Shown here piece after piece: positions 46,403 through 55,246 of a stretch of 55,246 bases of DNA (position 1 is the stretch's first letter; each line of letters begins with the position of its first letter). The notes under the pieces were generated by a model. It was given only the letters and a program-made list of their open reading frames with translations. It made no database searches and was not told the origin of the DNA. The DNA lies in IMG/VR virus record IMGVR_UViG_3300032074_000004, positions 1-55,246 of that record; one strand, given 5' to 3'. The translations under genes and the position numbers were made by a program. This DNA comes from a virus (taxonomy: Duplodnaviria > Caudoviricetes).

Positions 46403-47341
46403 ATGGTAAACATCGGTACTGCGCTCATCGCGCTGAAGAACACGGAGCGGGCTCGGAAGCTCACTCTCGTGTCGAGCCGGGCGCTTCGTCCGGTCATCAA
46501 GGTCGCTCACAACCACGGTCCGGCCATCCTCACGGGTGCTGGCATCGTCGGCGGTGTCACGACGGTCGTCCTCGCTTCTCGGGCAACCCTGAAGGTCGAG
46601 CCTGTCATCGACGAGGCGGCTGCGGATATCGTCCTCCAGAAGGAGCGTGCTGAGCTTCTCAAGGATGGGGAGCGGGTCGTCACCGACGCGGAGATCAACT
46701 ACGAGATCCGCAAGATCAAGATCCACACGGCGCTCAAGGTCGCGAAGCTGTATATCCCTGCGGCTTCCATCGGCGTGGCGTCCGCCTCGTGTGTCCTCGC
46801 GGCTCACGGCATCATGAAGAAGCGCAACGTGGCCCTGGTGGCGGCGTACAACGCTCTCGAGAAGAGCTTCGAGACGTACCGCAAGCGGGTCGTCGACGAG
46901 TACGGTGAGGAGAAGGACGCGGACTACCGCCGTGGCTTCACCGACGAGACGCGGAAGAAGAACGGCGAGACCAAGACGGTCACTTCGGTGAACCCGAACG
47001 GCATCTCGCAGTACGCGCGCTTCTTCGACGAGGGCAACGGCAACTGGAGCAAGACCCCTGAGTACAACCTGGTGTTCCTTCGGGCGCAGCAGCAGTACGC
47101 CAACGACCTTCTCCAGGCGCGCGGTCACGTGTTCCTGAACGAGGTCTACGACCAGCTCGGCCTCGAGCGTTCGCAGGCTGGCCAGGTCGTGGGCTGGGTC
47201 ATCGGCAAGGACGGCGACAACTACGTCGACTTCGGGATCTACGACTTCGACAACGAGCGCAAGCGTGAGTTCGTCAACGGTCGTGAGCGCTCCATCCTCC
47301 TCGACTTCAACGTCGATGGGGTCATCGTCGACCGGATCTAG
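46403..47341 (+). CDS. Conserved phage protein, paralogue of 41230-42009
   Basis: HNHGPAILTGAG...YIPAASIG...KRNVAL...GHVFLNEVYDQLG. Confidence 0.8.
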   Translation: MVNIGTALIALKNTERARKLTLVSSRALRPVIKVAHNHGPAILTGAGIVGGVTTVVLASRATLKVEPVIDEAAADIVLQKERAELLKDGERVVTDAEINYEIRKIKIHTALKVAKLYIPAASIGVASASCVLAAHGIMKKRNVALVAAYNALEKSFETYRKRVVDEYGEEKDADYRRGFTDETRKKNGETKTVTSVNPNGISQYARFFDEGNGNWSKTPEYNLVFLRAQQQYANDLLQARGHVFLNEVYDQLGLERSQAGQVVGWVIGKDGDNYVDFGIYDFDNERKREFVNGRERSILLDFNVDGVIVDRI

Positions 47342-47682
47342 CTTGACCGCTAAGAGTCGGAGACGCAGGAATATGCAGAGGGTCGAAACGGCCGGGATTA
47401 AGACTTATCGGTTCTTCACGAACTCGAAAGAGGTCCATATCCCGGCCGCTAGCCTCAACGAGGCGAAGCACAAGTTCCAAGAACGCTACGGCTACTGGCC
47501 AGCGTAGATATCTAAGGGGAGAATCTGATGGGGGAGAACACCAACGTTCCGAAGCCGAAGCCGCCGGTGCGCAAGCCGGAGCCGAAGCAGGAGAAGAAGC
47601 CGTTCGTGCGTAAGGAGCACCTGACGGTCAGGCCGTTCAAGAATCACCCGGGTCTCGAGGCGCTCAAGAAGGGAGCGAGCAA

Positions 47683-48525
47683 GTGAACAAGAATATCGCT
47701 ATCACGGCTGTTGCTGCCTTCGTGGGCGGCGCGGCTGTCGGAACTGGAGTCACGTTCCTCGTGGTCAACAAGCGAGCCCAGCGCAAGTGGGAGGCTATCG
47801 CCAACGAGGAGATCCAGAACGTCAAGGACACGTACAAGCTGCTTCGGAAGGAGCCGCCGTACGACAACCCGGTGACGGCCGTCAAGGCATATATCGACCG
47901 TGTCAACGAGCTCCAGTACCTCTCGGAGAACGCTGAGGAGGCTGCCGTCATGGCCGCTAACGAGGCTGCTGAAGAGGCTATCGACGAGGCCGAGGAGGCT
48001 GTCGAGGAGCTCAAGGAGACGATCGATATCGTCGAGGAGGGTCACGTCGATGAGTTCATCGTGACTGACGAGGAGGCTGAGGCAGCTCAGAGCCCCGTCG
48101 TCCGGAATATCTTCGATGAGATCCGTCGTCGATCGGCCGAGATCGAGTCCACGCACAGCCCTGAGGAGTTCGACGCTCTGAAGGCACGAGACGCTTCTGG
48201 TCCGTTCAAGATCTCCACCGAGGAGTTCATGGACGACGAGAATGGGTTCTCCAAGATCACCATCACGTATTTCGACGGGGACGACACCCTGGTCGACGAG
48301 CGTGAGGCGGTCATCCCGGATATCGATGGCACTGTTGGGCGCGACAACCTTCACCGTTTCGGTGAGGATAGCGACAGCAAGGACACCGTGTTCGTTCGTA
48401 ACGAGAAGCTCCGCACTGATTTCGAGGTTGTTCGTGAAGAGGGGACCTACACCCAGATGGTCCTCGGTCTGCGCGACTTCAAGGACGACCGACCCAAGAT
48501 CAAGAAAATGAGGGATGATGAGTGA
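47683..48525 (+). CDS. Membrane-anchored acidic protein
   Basis: N-terminal TM, Glu-rich coil, VFVRNEKL C-domain. Confidence 0.8.
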   Translation: MNKNIAITAVAAFVGGAAVGTGVTFLVVNKRAQRKWEAIANEEIQNVKDTYKLLRKEPPYDNPVTAVKAYIDRVNELQYLSENAEEAAVMAANEAAEEAIDEAEEAVEELKETIDIVEEGHVDEFIVTDEEAEAAQSPVVRNIFDEIRRRSAEIESTHSPEEFDALKARDASGPFKISTEEFMDDENGFSKITITYFDGDDTLVDEREAVIPDIDGTVGRDNLHRFGEDSDSKDTVFVRNEKLRTDFEVVREEGTYTQMVLGLRDFKDDRPKIKKMRDDE

Positions 48526-49091
48526 GTGAAGGCACCCTGGATGACAGATATCTAGAGTGGATCTACGGACAGATCGGTGCTGTTCGTAACCGCAATCCCG
48601 CCAAGTCATATTGGCGTCTCACCAAGCAGCTGTTCACGGTGCCTTTTTATTGGTTCGTCCCGAACGACGATAACAGGGCCCTGGACGGCTGTGAGCTGAG
48701 GTTTGAGTTCATCGATGAGATGGGCCTCCAGGAAATGGTCGATCCCGCGTGGATGGCCATGGAGTGCTCGGTTCTCGAGATGCTAGTCGGTCTTGCTCGC
48801 CGCGCGGCTTTCGAGTCGTATAGCGAGACCGGCACCTGGTTCCGTATTTTCATGCGGAATCTTGAGCTGTACGGCTACACAGATGCAGTTTGGAGCACCG
48901 CAATTGAAAGGGAGGTGAACAATACACTAGAGAGAGTCATGCACCGGACATACCGGGCTAACGGGGTAGGCGGGTTATTCCCGCTCCGGCTTCCAGGCCG
49001 GGACCAACGGAAAGTCGAGCTGTGGTATCAGTTGTCGGCGTATTTGCTGGAAGGCGATTACATTGATCACGGGCCACCGCGCGACTCGTGA
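48522..49091 (+). CDS. Conserved phage hypothetical protein
   Basis: NDDNRALDG, CSVLEMLVGLA, GGLFP, ELWYQ; upstream of polymerase. Confidence 0.8.
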   Translation: MSEGTLDDRYLEWIYGQIGAVRNRNPAKSYWRLTKQLFTVPFYWFVPNDDNRALDGCELRFEFIDEMGLQEMVDPAWMAMECSVLEMLVGLARRAAFESYSETGTWFRIFMRNLELYGYTDAVWSTAIEREVNNTLERVMHRTYRANGVGGLFPLRLPGRDQRKVELWYQLSAYLLEGDYIDHGPPRDS

Positions 49092-49110
49092 AACCGGGGA
49101 GGGAGGTTAA

Positions 49111-52100
49111 GTGGATTTCTATCGGATCAAGGAGCGGAACACCAAGAACAATGGAATAGAGATATATCCAGACTTCCGGATCATGCGGTCTCAGGACCTG
49201 ATGATTCGAGGCAAGGGTTTCTACGCCATTTGGGATGAGGAAAAGGGCCTGTGGTCCACGGACGAATATGACGTTCAGCGGTTGGTTGATGCCGACCTGC
49301 AGCGTTATAAGGACGAGCGAGAGGCCTCTGTCGAAGGAAACGTGACGGTCAAGTACCTGAGCGACTTCTCTTCGAGCAGTTGGCTGCAATTCCGTAACTA
49401 CATGCAGCACCTGTCTGACTCCAGCCGCGAACTCGATGAGAACCTGACCTTCAGCAACACCGAGGTGAAGAAGGGCGATCACGTAAGTCGTCGCCTGCCA
49501 TATCCCCTTGCCGCGGGTGACATCAGCGCTTATGACGAACTCATGAGTGTTCTGTATGCACCCGCGGAACGGGAGAAGCTCGAATGGGCTATTGGCGCCA
49601 TCGTATCCGGAGACGCGAAGCACATCCAGAAGTTCCTCGTTCTGTATGGCTCTGCTGGTACCGGTAAGTCCACAGTCCTGAATATCGTGCAGAAGCTCTT
49701 CGAGGGCTACTACACGACGTTCGAGGCTAAAGCGCTTACTGGTAACAACAACTCCTTCGCTACTGAGGCATTTCGTACGAACCCGCTGGTAGCCATCCAG
49801 CACGACGGCGATCTGTCTCGTATCGAAGACAACACGAAGCTCAACTCGATCGTATCCCACGAGGATATGGTCATGAACGAGAAGTACAAGCCGAGCTACA
49901 CGTCTCGGATCAACGCATTTCTCTTCATGGGGACGAACAAGCCGGTCAAGATTACGGACGCCAAGTCAGGCATCATCCGTCGTCTTATCGACGTTCAGCC
50001 CACGGGTGAGAAGCTTTCGCCTCGGAAGTACCAGACCCTATATTCGCAGATCGACTTCGAGCTTGGTGCAATTGCGCATCACTGCCTGGAGGTCTATCGG
50101 AGCCTGGGTAAGGACTACTACTCCGGATATCGGCCGGTCGAGATGATGTTGCAGACTGATGTGTTCTTCAACTTCATCGAGGCCAACTTCGACGTGTTCA
50201 AGGCTCAGGACGGCGTTACCTTGAAGCAGGCGCATGCCATGTACAAGGAGTTCTGTGACGAGAGTGAGATCGAATTCCGCATGCCTCAGTACAAGCTTCG
50301 TGAGGAGTTGAAGAACTACTTCGACAACTTCGAAGACCGTGCTGAGATCGATGGGGCTCGTGTGAGGTCATATTTCTCTGGCTTCAACGCGGACCACTTC
50401 AAGAGCCAGACAACGAAGGCTGAGCCGCAGGTATTCTCTCTCGTCATGGATGAGGATGAGTCCCTGCTGGATCGCGACCTTCTCGACTGCCCTGCGCAGT
50501 TGGCTGGCCCTAGCGGATATCCGAAGAAGACCTGGGCCGAGGTCGAGACGAAGCTGTCGGATATCGACACGAAGAAGCTCCACTACGTCAAGGTTCCAGA
50601 GAACCATATCGTGATCGACTTCGACCTTACCGATGAGGATGGGAACAAGTCAGCGGAGCGTAATCTGGAGGCTGCTAGCCAGTGGCCTTCAACGTATGCC
50701 GAATATTCCAAGTCTGGACACGGCATTCATCTTCACTACAACTACCAAGGAGACGCATCTGAACTAAGCAGAATATACGAGGACGGCATCGAGATCAAGG
50801 TATTCACTGGGGATTCCTCCCTTAGGCGGATGCTATCGAAGTGCAATAACGTGCCGGTAGCGCCCATCAGCAGTGGTCTGCCGCTTAAGGAGAAGAAAGT
50901 GATCAAAGCAGATTCGGTCAAGAGCGAGAAGTCGCTTAGAGACCTGATCGCAAGGAACCTGCGTAAGGAGATTCATCCGGGTACGAAGCCGAGCGTCGAC
51001 TTCATCCACAAGATCCTGGAAGAGGCGTTCCTCAGTGGGCTGAGCTATGACGTGACCGATCTTCGGCCGCGCATCTTGGCCTTCGCGAACAACTCGTCGA
51101 ACAACTCCCTGTACTGCATCAAGATGGTGCAGAGCATGCAGTTCAAGTCCGAGATGGATCCTCAGGATATCGGTCCTCATGCGACCGAGTGCACCTGTGA
51201 TGAGTGCAAGAAGCTGACGGACAGCCGGGTCGTGTTCTACGACGTCGAGGTCTTCCCGAACCTGTTCATGGTGTGCTGGAAGTACCAGGGCTCCGACAAC
51301 GTGGTTCGGATGATCAACCCGGAGTCGCATCAGATCGAGGATATCCTTGGTCTGAAGCTCGTCGGCTTCAACTGCCGTCGATACGACAACCACATCCTGT
51401 ACGCCCGACTCATGGGTTACGACAATGACCAACTCTACAAGCTCAGCCAGAAGATCATCTCGGGTTCTCCGAATGCTCTCTTCCGGGAGGCTTACGACCT
51501 TTCTTACGCTGACATCTACGACTTCTCGTCCAAGAAGCAGTCGCTCAAGAAGTTCGAGATCGAGTTGGGCATTCCGCACATGGAGTCGAGCCTTCCGTGG
51601 GACAAGCCAGTTCCCCCGGAGAAGTGGAAGCTCGTCGAGGAATACTGCGTCAACGATGTGAACGCGACTGAGGCCGTGTTCGAGGATCGGAAGCAGGACT
51701 TCATCGCTCGGCAGATCCTGGCAGAGCTCTCTGGGCTGTCGGTCAACGCCTCCACGCAGCAGCACACCTCGAAGATCGTGTTCGGGAACGACAAGCGACC
51801 TCAGGAGAAGTTCGTCTACACGGACCTCTCGGAGGAGTTCCCCGGATATAAGTACGAGATGGGCAAGAGCACTTACCGTGAGGAGATCACTGGTGAGGGC
51901 GGATATGTGTACTCGGAGCCCGGCATCTACCACAACGTGGCGCTGCTGGATATCCAGTCCATGCATCCGACGACGATCGAGGTTCTGAACCTCTTCGGCG
52001 AGTACACCAAGAACTTCTCGGAGCTCAAGGCTGCTCGTCTGGCGATCAAGCACGGTGATTACGATTCGGCGAAGCAGATGCTGGGCGGTAAGCTCGCTCC

Positions 52101-52902
52101 GTATCTGGATGACCCGGCCAACGCGGAGGCTCTCTCCTACGCGCTGAAGATCGTGATCAATATCGTGTACGGTCTCACGTCGGCTCGTTTCGACAACTCC
52201 TTCCGTGATCCTCGGAATATCGACAACATCGTCGCTAAGCGTGGCGCTCTGTTCATGATCGATCTCAAGCACGAGGTTCAGGCACGCGGTTTCACCGTGG
52301 CGCACATCAAGACGGACTCCATCAAGATCCCGGACGCAACTCCGGAGATCATCGAGTTCGTCATGCAATATGCGCAGGAGCGTGGGTATTCCTTCGAGCA
52401 CGAGGCTACCTACGATCGGATGGCTCTGGTCAACGACGCGGTCTACGTGGCGAAGACTCAGCCTGGCAAGAAGCCCGCATATTGGACGGCAACTGGTGCG
52501 CAGTTCCAGCACCCGTATGTGTTCAAGAAGCTCTTCAGCCACGAGCCGATCGAGTTCCGTGACTACTGCGAGGCGAAGACGGTCACCACGGCCCTATATC
52601 TCGACTTCACCGGTGTGGAAACGCCGATGGCGCTCGAGGACGGCGAGATGCACTTCGTCGGTAAGGCCGGTCTCTTCGTTCCGATCAAGCCTGGCCATGG
52701 AGGTGGTCGACTCGTTCGGGAGAAGGATGGGAAGTTCTATGCGGCAACCGGAGCTAAGGATTACTTCTGGCTCGAAGCGGAGGTCGTGAAGGAGCTTGGT
52801 AAGCAGGACGATATCGATCTGTCCTACTACGAGGCTCTGCTGAACGAAGCAGTTGACACCATTTCCAAGTTCGGGGATTTCGAGGCGTTCATCGATGAGT
52901 GA
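49111..52902 (+). CDS. Fused SF3 helicase - primase (prim-pol-like) - family B DNA polymerase with 3'-5' exonuclease
   Basis: Walker A GSAGTGKS and motif C FMGTN; VIDFD and SKSGHGIHLHY; Exo FYDVE/GFN..YD/YCVND; PolB DIQSMHP, KIVINIVYG, KTDS. Confidence 0.88.
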   Translation: MDFYRIKERNTKNNGIEIYPDFRIMRSQDLMIRGKGFYAIWDEEKGLWSTDEYDVQRLVDADLQRYKDEREASVEGNVTVKYLSDFSSSSWLQFRNYMQHLSDSSRELDENLTFSNTEVKKGDHVSRRLPYPLAAGDISAYDELMSVLYAPAEREKLEWAIGAIVSGDAKHIQKFLVLYGSAGTGKSTVLNIVQKLFEGYYTTFEAKALTGNNNSFATEAFRTNPLVAIQHDGDLSRIEDNTKLNSIVSHEDMVMNEKYKPSYTSRINAFLFMGTNKPVKITDAKSGIIRRLIDVQPTGEKLSPRKYQTLYSQIDFELGAIAHHCLEVYRSLGKDYYSGYRPVEMMLQTDVFFNFIEANFDVFKAQDGVTLKQAHAMYKEFCDESEIEFRMPQYKLREELKNYFDNFEDRAEIDGARVRSYFSGFNADHFKSQTTKAEPQVFSLVMDEDESLLDRDLLDCPAQLAGPSGYPKKTWAEVETKLSDIDTKKLHYVKVPENHIVIDFDLTDEDGNKSAERNLEAASQWPSTYAEYSKSGHGIHLHYNYQGDASELSRIYEDGIEIKVFTGDSSLRRMLSKCNNVPVAPISSGLPLKEKKVIKADSVKSEKSLRDLIARNLRKEIHPGTKPSVDFIHKILEEAFLSGLSYDVTDLRPRILAFANNSSNNSLYCIKMVQSMQFKSEMDPQDIGPHATECTCDECKKLTDSRVVFYDVEVFPNLFMVCWKYQGSDNVVRMINPESHQIEDILGLKLVGFNCRRYDNHILYARLMGYDNDQLYKLSQKIISGSPNALFREAYDLSYADIYDFSSKKQSLKKFEIELGIPHMESSLPWDKPVPPEKWKLVEEYCVNDVNATEAVFEDRKQDFIARQILAELSGLSVNASTQQHTSKIVFGNDKRPQEKFVYTDLSEEFPGYKYEMGKSTYREEITGEGGYVYSEPGIYHNVALLDIQSMHPTTIEVLNLFGEYTKNFSELKAARLAIKHGDYDSAKQMLGGKLAPYLDDPANAEALSYALKIVINIVYGLTSARFDNSFRDPRNIDNIVAKRGALFMIDLKHEVQARGFTVAHIKTDSIKIPDATPEIIEFVMQYAQERGYSFEHEATYDRMALVNDAVYVAKTQPGKKPAYWTATGAQFQHPYVFKKLFSHEPIEFRDYCEAKTVTTALYLDFTGVETPMALEDGEMHFVGKAGLFVPIKPGHGGGRLVREKDGKFYAATGAKDYFWLEAEVVKELGKQDDIDLSYYEALLNEAVDTISKFGDFEAFIDE

Positions 52903-53137
52903 TGTGCAGAACCAGGTCAAGGCAGAAGTTCCGGCCGAGACCGCAGAGTCAGTCGACCGAATGCTTCTTATTCAGGAGCAGGTCGGTAAGCCATGGAGTG
53001 AGCAGAACACGGCTGCGAAATATCTTCGCAAGCTGATGGTCGAGCACTTCAAGGCGAACGTGGAGGACGTTGACGCCTTGTGGAAGGACGGTCTTGAGCC
53101 GCCCCTCTGCGAGTCGGACTTCATCATCTACGGGTAG
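52895..53137 (+). CDS. Hypothetical protein
   Basis: Overlaps polymerase stop. Confidence 0.6.
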   Translation: MSDVQNQVKAEVPAETAESVDRMLLIQEQVGKPWSEQNTAAKYLRKLMVEHFKANVEDVDALWKDGLEPPLCESDFIIYG

Positions 53138-53254
53138 TACCGAAGGGGCATGCCAGAGAGGGCCCGCAGTCTAGGAATGACTAGGCTAGCGGGCCCTCTG
53201 GGGGAATGGGGGATATTTACCAATGTACCACCACTCTACAGGAGAAATGCAACA

Positions 53255-53530
53255 ATGAATCAGGCTCAGGCTATGTACGCACAGGCGTCTCAGGAATATG
53301 GCGTCGCTAGTAAGTACAGGTCTAACTACGAGTTCTGGAAGATTGTGCTGGGGGCTCTGTACGAGGAGATCGATATTCACGCCGATCACCTGGGGGAGTT
53401 CAAGCGACAGGCCAGGCAGATTCGGGGCCGTATGCGTCGCAACCTTCGCATGTGCAAGAAGATCAAGAAGAGGGCTGACCGGGCCCTCGAGAAGTACAAC
53501 CGTTGGCTGAGGAAGGAGAGCAATAACTGA
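53255..53530 (+). CDS. Basic hypothetical protein
   Basis: RBS AGGAG. Confidence 0.6.
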   Translation: MNQAQAMYAQASQEYGVASKYRSNYEFWKIVLGALYEEIDIHADHLGEFKRQARQIRGRMRRNLRMCKKIKKRADRALEKYNRWLRKESNN

Positions 53531-53871
53531 TGAGCGATACGGATAATCCGACTCGCAACGTCTTCGAGAACCAAGAGAAGACTTTCCCGACCGTGCCTGT
53601 CACCATTTTCGTTGGTGGTGAGAGGAAGGTCGTCGGCTTGGCGGCTTACGTCGAGCATGAGGGACACGTCCATGTGAGCATGGATATCGACGGGCTCACG
53701 GGTGATGAGATCCGGTCCTTCCTCGGCGATGGGATGACCGCTTTCTCAAGTGAGGTGTTCGAGGAGAACGTCGAGAAGGCGCCTGTGACGAGCATTCGGC
53801 ACGAGTCCCACAAGCCTGCAACCAATTTCGGATTCCCGGAGCCTCCGGGTCCGATCAACCGTAGTGAGTAA
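53530..53871 (+). CDS. Hypothetical protein
   Basis: RBS AAGGAG, TGATG coupling. Confidence 0.7.
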   Translation: MSDTDNPTRNVFENQEKTFPTVPVTIFVGGERKVVGLAAYVEHEGHVHVSMDIDGLTGDEIRSFLGDGMTAFSSEVFEENVEKAPVTSIRHESHKPATNFGFPEPPGPINRSE

Positions 53872-54036
53872 GAGCCTTATTCGTTACGTGCTCAGTAGTA
53901 ATGTGCGCGTGATGAAAATGCGAAAGCTCATCTACATCTTGGGTGCTCGACCCAAACCTGGGTCAATTTGGCACAGCCCATCGCTGTCCTTTATTTATGG
54001 GTACCACAAGAGATCACACAAGAAGGAGAACAACTG

Positions 54037-54540
54037 ATGGCTTCGAATATCACGCTCGAGGGCGTGCGCATCGCCTTCCGCAACTTCAGCGGTAAGGAGG
54101 GGCAGTACAACCGTGAGGGCGACCGCAACTTCGCCGTCATCCTGCCCAAGGACGTTGCTGACGACATGCGCGCCGAGGGGTGGAACATCAAGCAGCTTCG
54201 TCCCCGCGAGGAGGGCGATGACCCGCAGGACTACATCCAGGTCTCGGTCGGCTTCAAGGGTCGTCCGCCGCGCATCGTCATGATCACGAGCCGTGGCCGG
54301 ACCAACCTTGGCGAGGACGAGGTGAATATCCTCGACTGGGCCGAGATCGCGAACGTCGACCTGATCATCCGCCCCTACGAGTGGACGGTCAACGGCAAGA
54401 CCGGCATCAAGGCATATCTGCAGTCCATCTTCGTCACCATCGAGGAAGACGAGCTGGAGCGCAAGTACGCCGACCTTCCCGACAGTGCACAGAGCGCTGT
54501 CCAGACCCCGAACGACCCTGATGAGGAGAACTACCGATGA
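54037..54540 (+). CDS. Single-stranded DNA-binding protein (phage type)
   Basis: FRNFSG..YNREGDRNF, GIKAYLQS, acidic tail. Confidence 0.75.
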   Translation: MASNITLEGVRIAFRNFSGKEGQYNREGDRNFAVILPKDVADDMRAEGWNIKQLRPREEGDDPQDYIQVSVGFKGRPPRIVMITSRGRTNLGEDEVNILDWAEIANVDLIIRPYEWTVNGKTGIKAYLQSIFVTIEEDELERKYADLPDSAQSAVQTPNDPDEENYR

Positions 54541-54989
54541 GCATGGCCAACCCGACGACGATCCCCGACCTCGCGATCCAGCCGAGCCCCGCAAGCCCGA
54601 CGGATATGCCGACGATGAAGATGTTCCTGAACCAGTCGGGGACCATCCGGAAGTTCAGCCCGATCCAGCAGGACGTGGACGCTGTCCAGTTCCAGGGCTG
54701 GTCCAACGCGTCTCGCATCTTCGGATGGATCGATGGCGTGATGTACGTGCCGAAGGGTTTCGACCACGCGCTGCGTCTTCCCGAGGAGTTCGACCCGAAC
54801 ACGCGGGCTCTCCACCCGGAGGCGCCTGAGTTCCTCTCCGTCAAGTCCGGCGGTCAGGAGTTCCGAGTCGACCTCAACTTCTGGCTCGTTCGTCTGGCCA
54901 GCGGTGAGATGCACGTGTACAACAACGATATGTTCGCCTCCATCTTCGCGGAGTCGTTCGATGCGGATCGGGCTTACTCGAACCGTTAA
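54537..54989 (+). CDS. Hypothetical protein
   Basis: ATGA overlap; VDAVQF motif. Confidence 0.7.
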   Translation: MSMANPTTIPDLAIQPSPASPTDMPTMKMFLNQSGTIRKFSPIQQDVDAVQFQGWSNASRIFGWIDGVMYVPKGFDHALRLPEEFDPNTRALHPEAPEFLSVKSGGQEFRVDLNFWLVRLASGEMHVYNNDMFASIFAESFDADRAYSNR

Positions 54990-55072
54990 GTGGTAGAGGT
55001 CGTCGGGTTGGTCAGGGACTTCCTGGCCACCCGGCGCCTCGCCAAGGCATCACCTAGAAAGGGGTATATCTG

Positions 55073-55246
55073 ATGCTTGAAATGTTCTGTGGCGCTCTTG
55101 TGATGGGCGTCGGTGTCATCGTGGGGGCCGCGCTGACGCTTTCTGCTCTCAGCCCGAAGCGGGGTAACGGGGGCACGGATGACGATGGTGAGCGTGCTCC
55201 GGTTCGCAAGCTCTCCAGCAACAAGCGCCAGGAGGAGCAGTACGAC
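55073..55246 (+). CDS. Membrane protein spanning the window junction (continues at 1-78)
   Basis: RBS AAAGGGG; 58 codons to window end, in frame with AAG GCT GCG...TAA at 1-78. Confidence 0.7.
   Translation, partial: MLEMFCGALVMGVGVIVGAALTLSALSPKRGNGGTDDDGERAPVRKLSSNKRQEEQYD

Larger units (their letters stand above)
1..55246 (+). mobile_element. Apparently complete, circularly permuted tailed-phage (siphovirus) genome, likely lytic, probable actinobacterial host
   Basis: Full head, tail, lysis and replication gene set on one strand; ORF from 55073 reads in frame across the junction to TAA at 76-78; no integrase or repressor seen; GC-rich codon usage with GGAG/AAGGAG RBS. Confidence 0.9.

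Noticed and set aside
19509-52542. Long minus-strand ORFs (e.g. 19509-21416, 27623-28864, 31709-33019, 50833-52542)
   Set aside because: Antisense shadows of GC-biased plus-strand genes, with no recognisable motifs or RBS
1-55246. tRNA genes, reverse transcriptase/DGR, group I or II introns
   Set aside because: No cloverleaf, RT motif, template/variable repeat pair or interrupted gene seen by eye; tRNAscan and Infernal would be needed to exclude them

Overview
The window looks like a complete, circularly permuted ~55.2 kb genome of a lytic, GC-rich siphovirus, probably infecting an actinobacterium. An ORF starting at 55073 continues in frame into bases 1-78. All credible genes are on the + strand; no integrase, tRNA or CRISPR array was seen. 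Starting from the likely physical end (~11.2 kb), the order is: amidase endolysin, small terminase/HNH, head module (terminase, portal, protease-capsid fusion), tail module (three major-tail paralogues, tape measure, Dit, FN3 protein), holin, then an early region of promoter-gene-hairpin cassettes (37.8-45 kb). Replication genes follow (SF3 helicase-primase-polB fusion, SSB, ThyX, SNF2-like helicase, NUMOD/HNH proteins, VRR-NUC, Cas4-like nuclease), and lastly an ~890-aa protein with the two-barrel RNA polymerase motif GADFDGD. The most interesting candidate system is an N-terminal 'FLAH(Y/H)G' tag. It is shared by the putative RNA polymerase, a GNAT-bearing protein, two other head-module modules and the capsid precursor (FLAHAG), suggesting protease-linked loading of cargo into the virion. 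Also notable: 11 fixed-spacing TCGC-N15-TATAAT-type promoters, a TCAAAATGG motif in the late region, hairpins with a conserved loop, two or more structured ncRNA candidates, an Acb1-like 2H phosphoesterase in the tail module, and a genome-long ATAT gradient. Functional calls come from motif recognition by eye; no searches were run.
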